This document shows, one piece after another, positions 62,694 to 64,000 of a DNA stretch of 64,000 nt. The stretch is from positions 6,358 to 70,357 of the forward strand of contig CAZACP010000001.1 of NCBI GenBank assembly GCA_964483665.1. Reading direction: 5' to 3'. The notes under the pieces were generated by a model. It worked only from the letters and a program-made list of their open reading frames with translations. It was not told the origin of the DNA and did not search any database. This DNA comes from an uncultured Candidatus Saccharibacteria bacterium (lineage in GTDB: Bacteria > Patescibacteriota > Doudnabacteria > UBA920). Both the position numbers and the translations under genes were made by a program. Numbering within the stretch: position 1 is the stretch's first letter; every line of letters starts with the position of its first letter.

Positions 62694-63830
62694 TTAAGGT
62701 TTTAAATACTTTTTTTCCTTCAGTTTTTCTGGTAGATAATTATCATCGGAAGGATATTTTTCATAGCCTTTGCCATAGCCTAAGTCTTTCATAAGCTTGG
62801 TCGGGGCGTTTCTAATGTTTAGGGGTACAGGCAGGTTACCGTATTTTTTTACATCATCTAAAGCTTTGAAATAAGCCTCGTAAGACGAGCGGTCTTTTTT
62901 GCAGTTTGCAAGGTATGAAACGCCATGCGCTAAATTTATGGCGCATTCGGGGTAGCCAATTTTTTGGCAGGCTTCAAACACCGCGTTGGCCACAACCAAA
63001 GCCGTGGGTTGGGCAAGGCCAATGTCTTCGCTGGCGAAAATAACCATCCTCCGGGCTATAAACAAAGGGTCTTCGCCAGCTTCCACCATACGAGCGAGAT
63101 AATAAAGGGCAGCGTCGGGCTGGCTCGCGCGCATGCTTTTTATGAACGCGGAAATAGTGTTATAGTGTTCTTCGCCTGTTTTGTCGTAACGCAGGAATTT
63201 GGATTGCAGAGTGTTTTTTAAATTATCCAAAGTTATTTCGCCATAAAGTTCTCTGCAGTTGTCTAACATAGTAAGCGCTTGGCGTGCGTCGCCATTAGCC
63301 ATGCTAACCAGCCATTCCTTTGATTCTTTATTAAGCTTTAGATTGGCGGACTCTATGACTTTTTTTATTTCTTCATCACCCAGCTCGTTTAACACAAACA
63401 CCCGGCAGCGTGAAAGCAAAGCCGGGATAACTTCAAAACTGGGGTTTTCCGTGGTTGCGCCAATTAAAGTTAATTCCCCTTTTTCCACAAATGGCAATAA
63501 AAAATCCTGCTGGGCTTTGTTAAAGCGGTGAATTTCGTCTAAGAACAGAATTTTTGGCTGACCTAACATCGAAGGTTTATCGGTGATAGCCCGTATATCA
63601 TCTTTTCCTGCCGATACGGCTGATAGTTCGTGGTATTCCGCGTTAACAGCCTTCGCATAAATGCGTGCCAAGGTGGTCTTCCCTACTCCGGGCGGACCCC
63701 ACAGAATAAAACTGAACAAATGTTTTTGTTCAATGGCAAGCCGCAAAGGTTTACCTTCCCCTACCAAGTGCTTTTGGCCAATGTAGGTTTCCAAAGACGA
63801 GGGGCGAATTTTATTCGCTAGCGGTTCCAT
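62694..63830 (-). CDS. rarA: Replication-associated recombination protein A (MgsA/RarA, AAA+)
   Basis: [13 protein letters not shown] Walker A; MgsA C-terminal helical domain. Confidence 0.9.
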   Translation of the reverse strand: MEPLANKIRPSSLETYIGQKHLVGEGKPLRLAIEQKHLFSFILWGPPGVGKTTLARIYAKAVNAEYHELSAVSAGKDDIRAITDKPSMLGQPKILFLDEIHRFNKAQQDFLLPFVEKGELTLIGATTENPSFEVIPALLSRCRVFVLNELGDEEIKKVIESANLKLNKESKEWLVSMANGDARQALTMLDNCRELYGEITLDNLKNTLQSKFLRYDKTGEEHYNTISAFIKSMRASQPDAALYYLARMVEAGEDPLFIARRMVIFASEDIGLAQPTALVVANAVFEACQKIGYPECAINLAHGVSYLANCKKDRSSYEAYFKALDDVKKYGNLPVPLNIRNAPTKLMKDLGYGKGYEKYPSDDNYLPEKLKEKKYLKP

Positions 63831-64000
63831 ATATTTAAGTATACGATTGTATACCTTAATAGTATACAAAAATAAACAGCGTGTCAAATTTAGTATAACA
63901 ATCCTTCCTCGCCAAGGCTATGGAGGATCTACGAAAAAGCTCGCTTTACAGCGAGCTTAGGTCTAGGTTGGTGTCTATGCGTATTTGGCTGACAAAGTCA

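Overview
This 64-kb window is AT-rich and gene-dense, and it looks like a reduced Patescibacteria/CPR-type genome: compact housekeeping operons in which most genes lack a Shine-Dalgarno sequence. I saw no rRNA, tRNA or CRISPR.

Core content on the + strand, first half:
- gatC-gatA-gatB, interrupted by a four-helix-bundle selfish ORF.
- miaA (minus strand), holB, frr, rseP, proS.
- mreB-mreC-mreD-mrdA, folD, a stand-alone receiver protein.
- secE-nusG-rplK-rplA, interrupted by three small inserted ORFs.
- A second receiver paralog, then a complete dTTP module: dcd-dut-dNMP-kinase-like-tmk-thyA-folA, with a GxxExxY nuclease-fold ORF inserted between tmk and thyA.
- prfB (no frameshift), ftsE-ftsX, rplI, a DUF559 endonuclease ORF, pyrG.

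Core content, second half:
- Minus strand: an ECF sigma/anti-sigma pair, rpmA, a THUMP RNA methyltransferase.
- Plus strand: iscS.
- Minus strand: a long operon (M23 coiled-coil peptidase, two pilin-like/peptidoglycan-hydrolase fusion paralogs, three small membrane ORFs), gltX, a TagA-Nudix fusion.
- Plus strand: def ... fmt, split by two DnaQ-like exonuclease paralogs (one degenerate) and a small GC-rich orphan gene.
- Minus strand: mltG, yjbQ, hup, queA, a TerC-like protein. Then a second sigma/anti-sigma pair on the plus strand and rarA on the minus strand.

The most interesting signals:
1. A ~50-nt hairpin MITE family. One copy sits in-frame inside gatB; two inverted copies bracket the DUF559 gene.
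2. Near-identical 259-bp repeats shared by two tandem pilin-like genes that carry different cell-wall hydrolase C-termini, inside a six-gene peptidoglycan-hydrolase operon. This is my best candidate for the undescribed system.
3. Every intergenic spacer is built from its own short 'word' repeated in direct and inverted orientation, often bracketing inserted ORFs.
4. A conserved ~90-bp element immediately 5' of both gatA and ftsX.
5. A set of G+C-rich orphan small genes with perfect GGAGG ribosome-binding sites in a genome whose core genes lack them. They concentrate in a 1.2-kb atypical island between the receiver gene and dcd.

I also flag several structured GC-rich non-coding stretches that I could not assign to a known RNA family.
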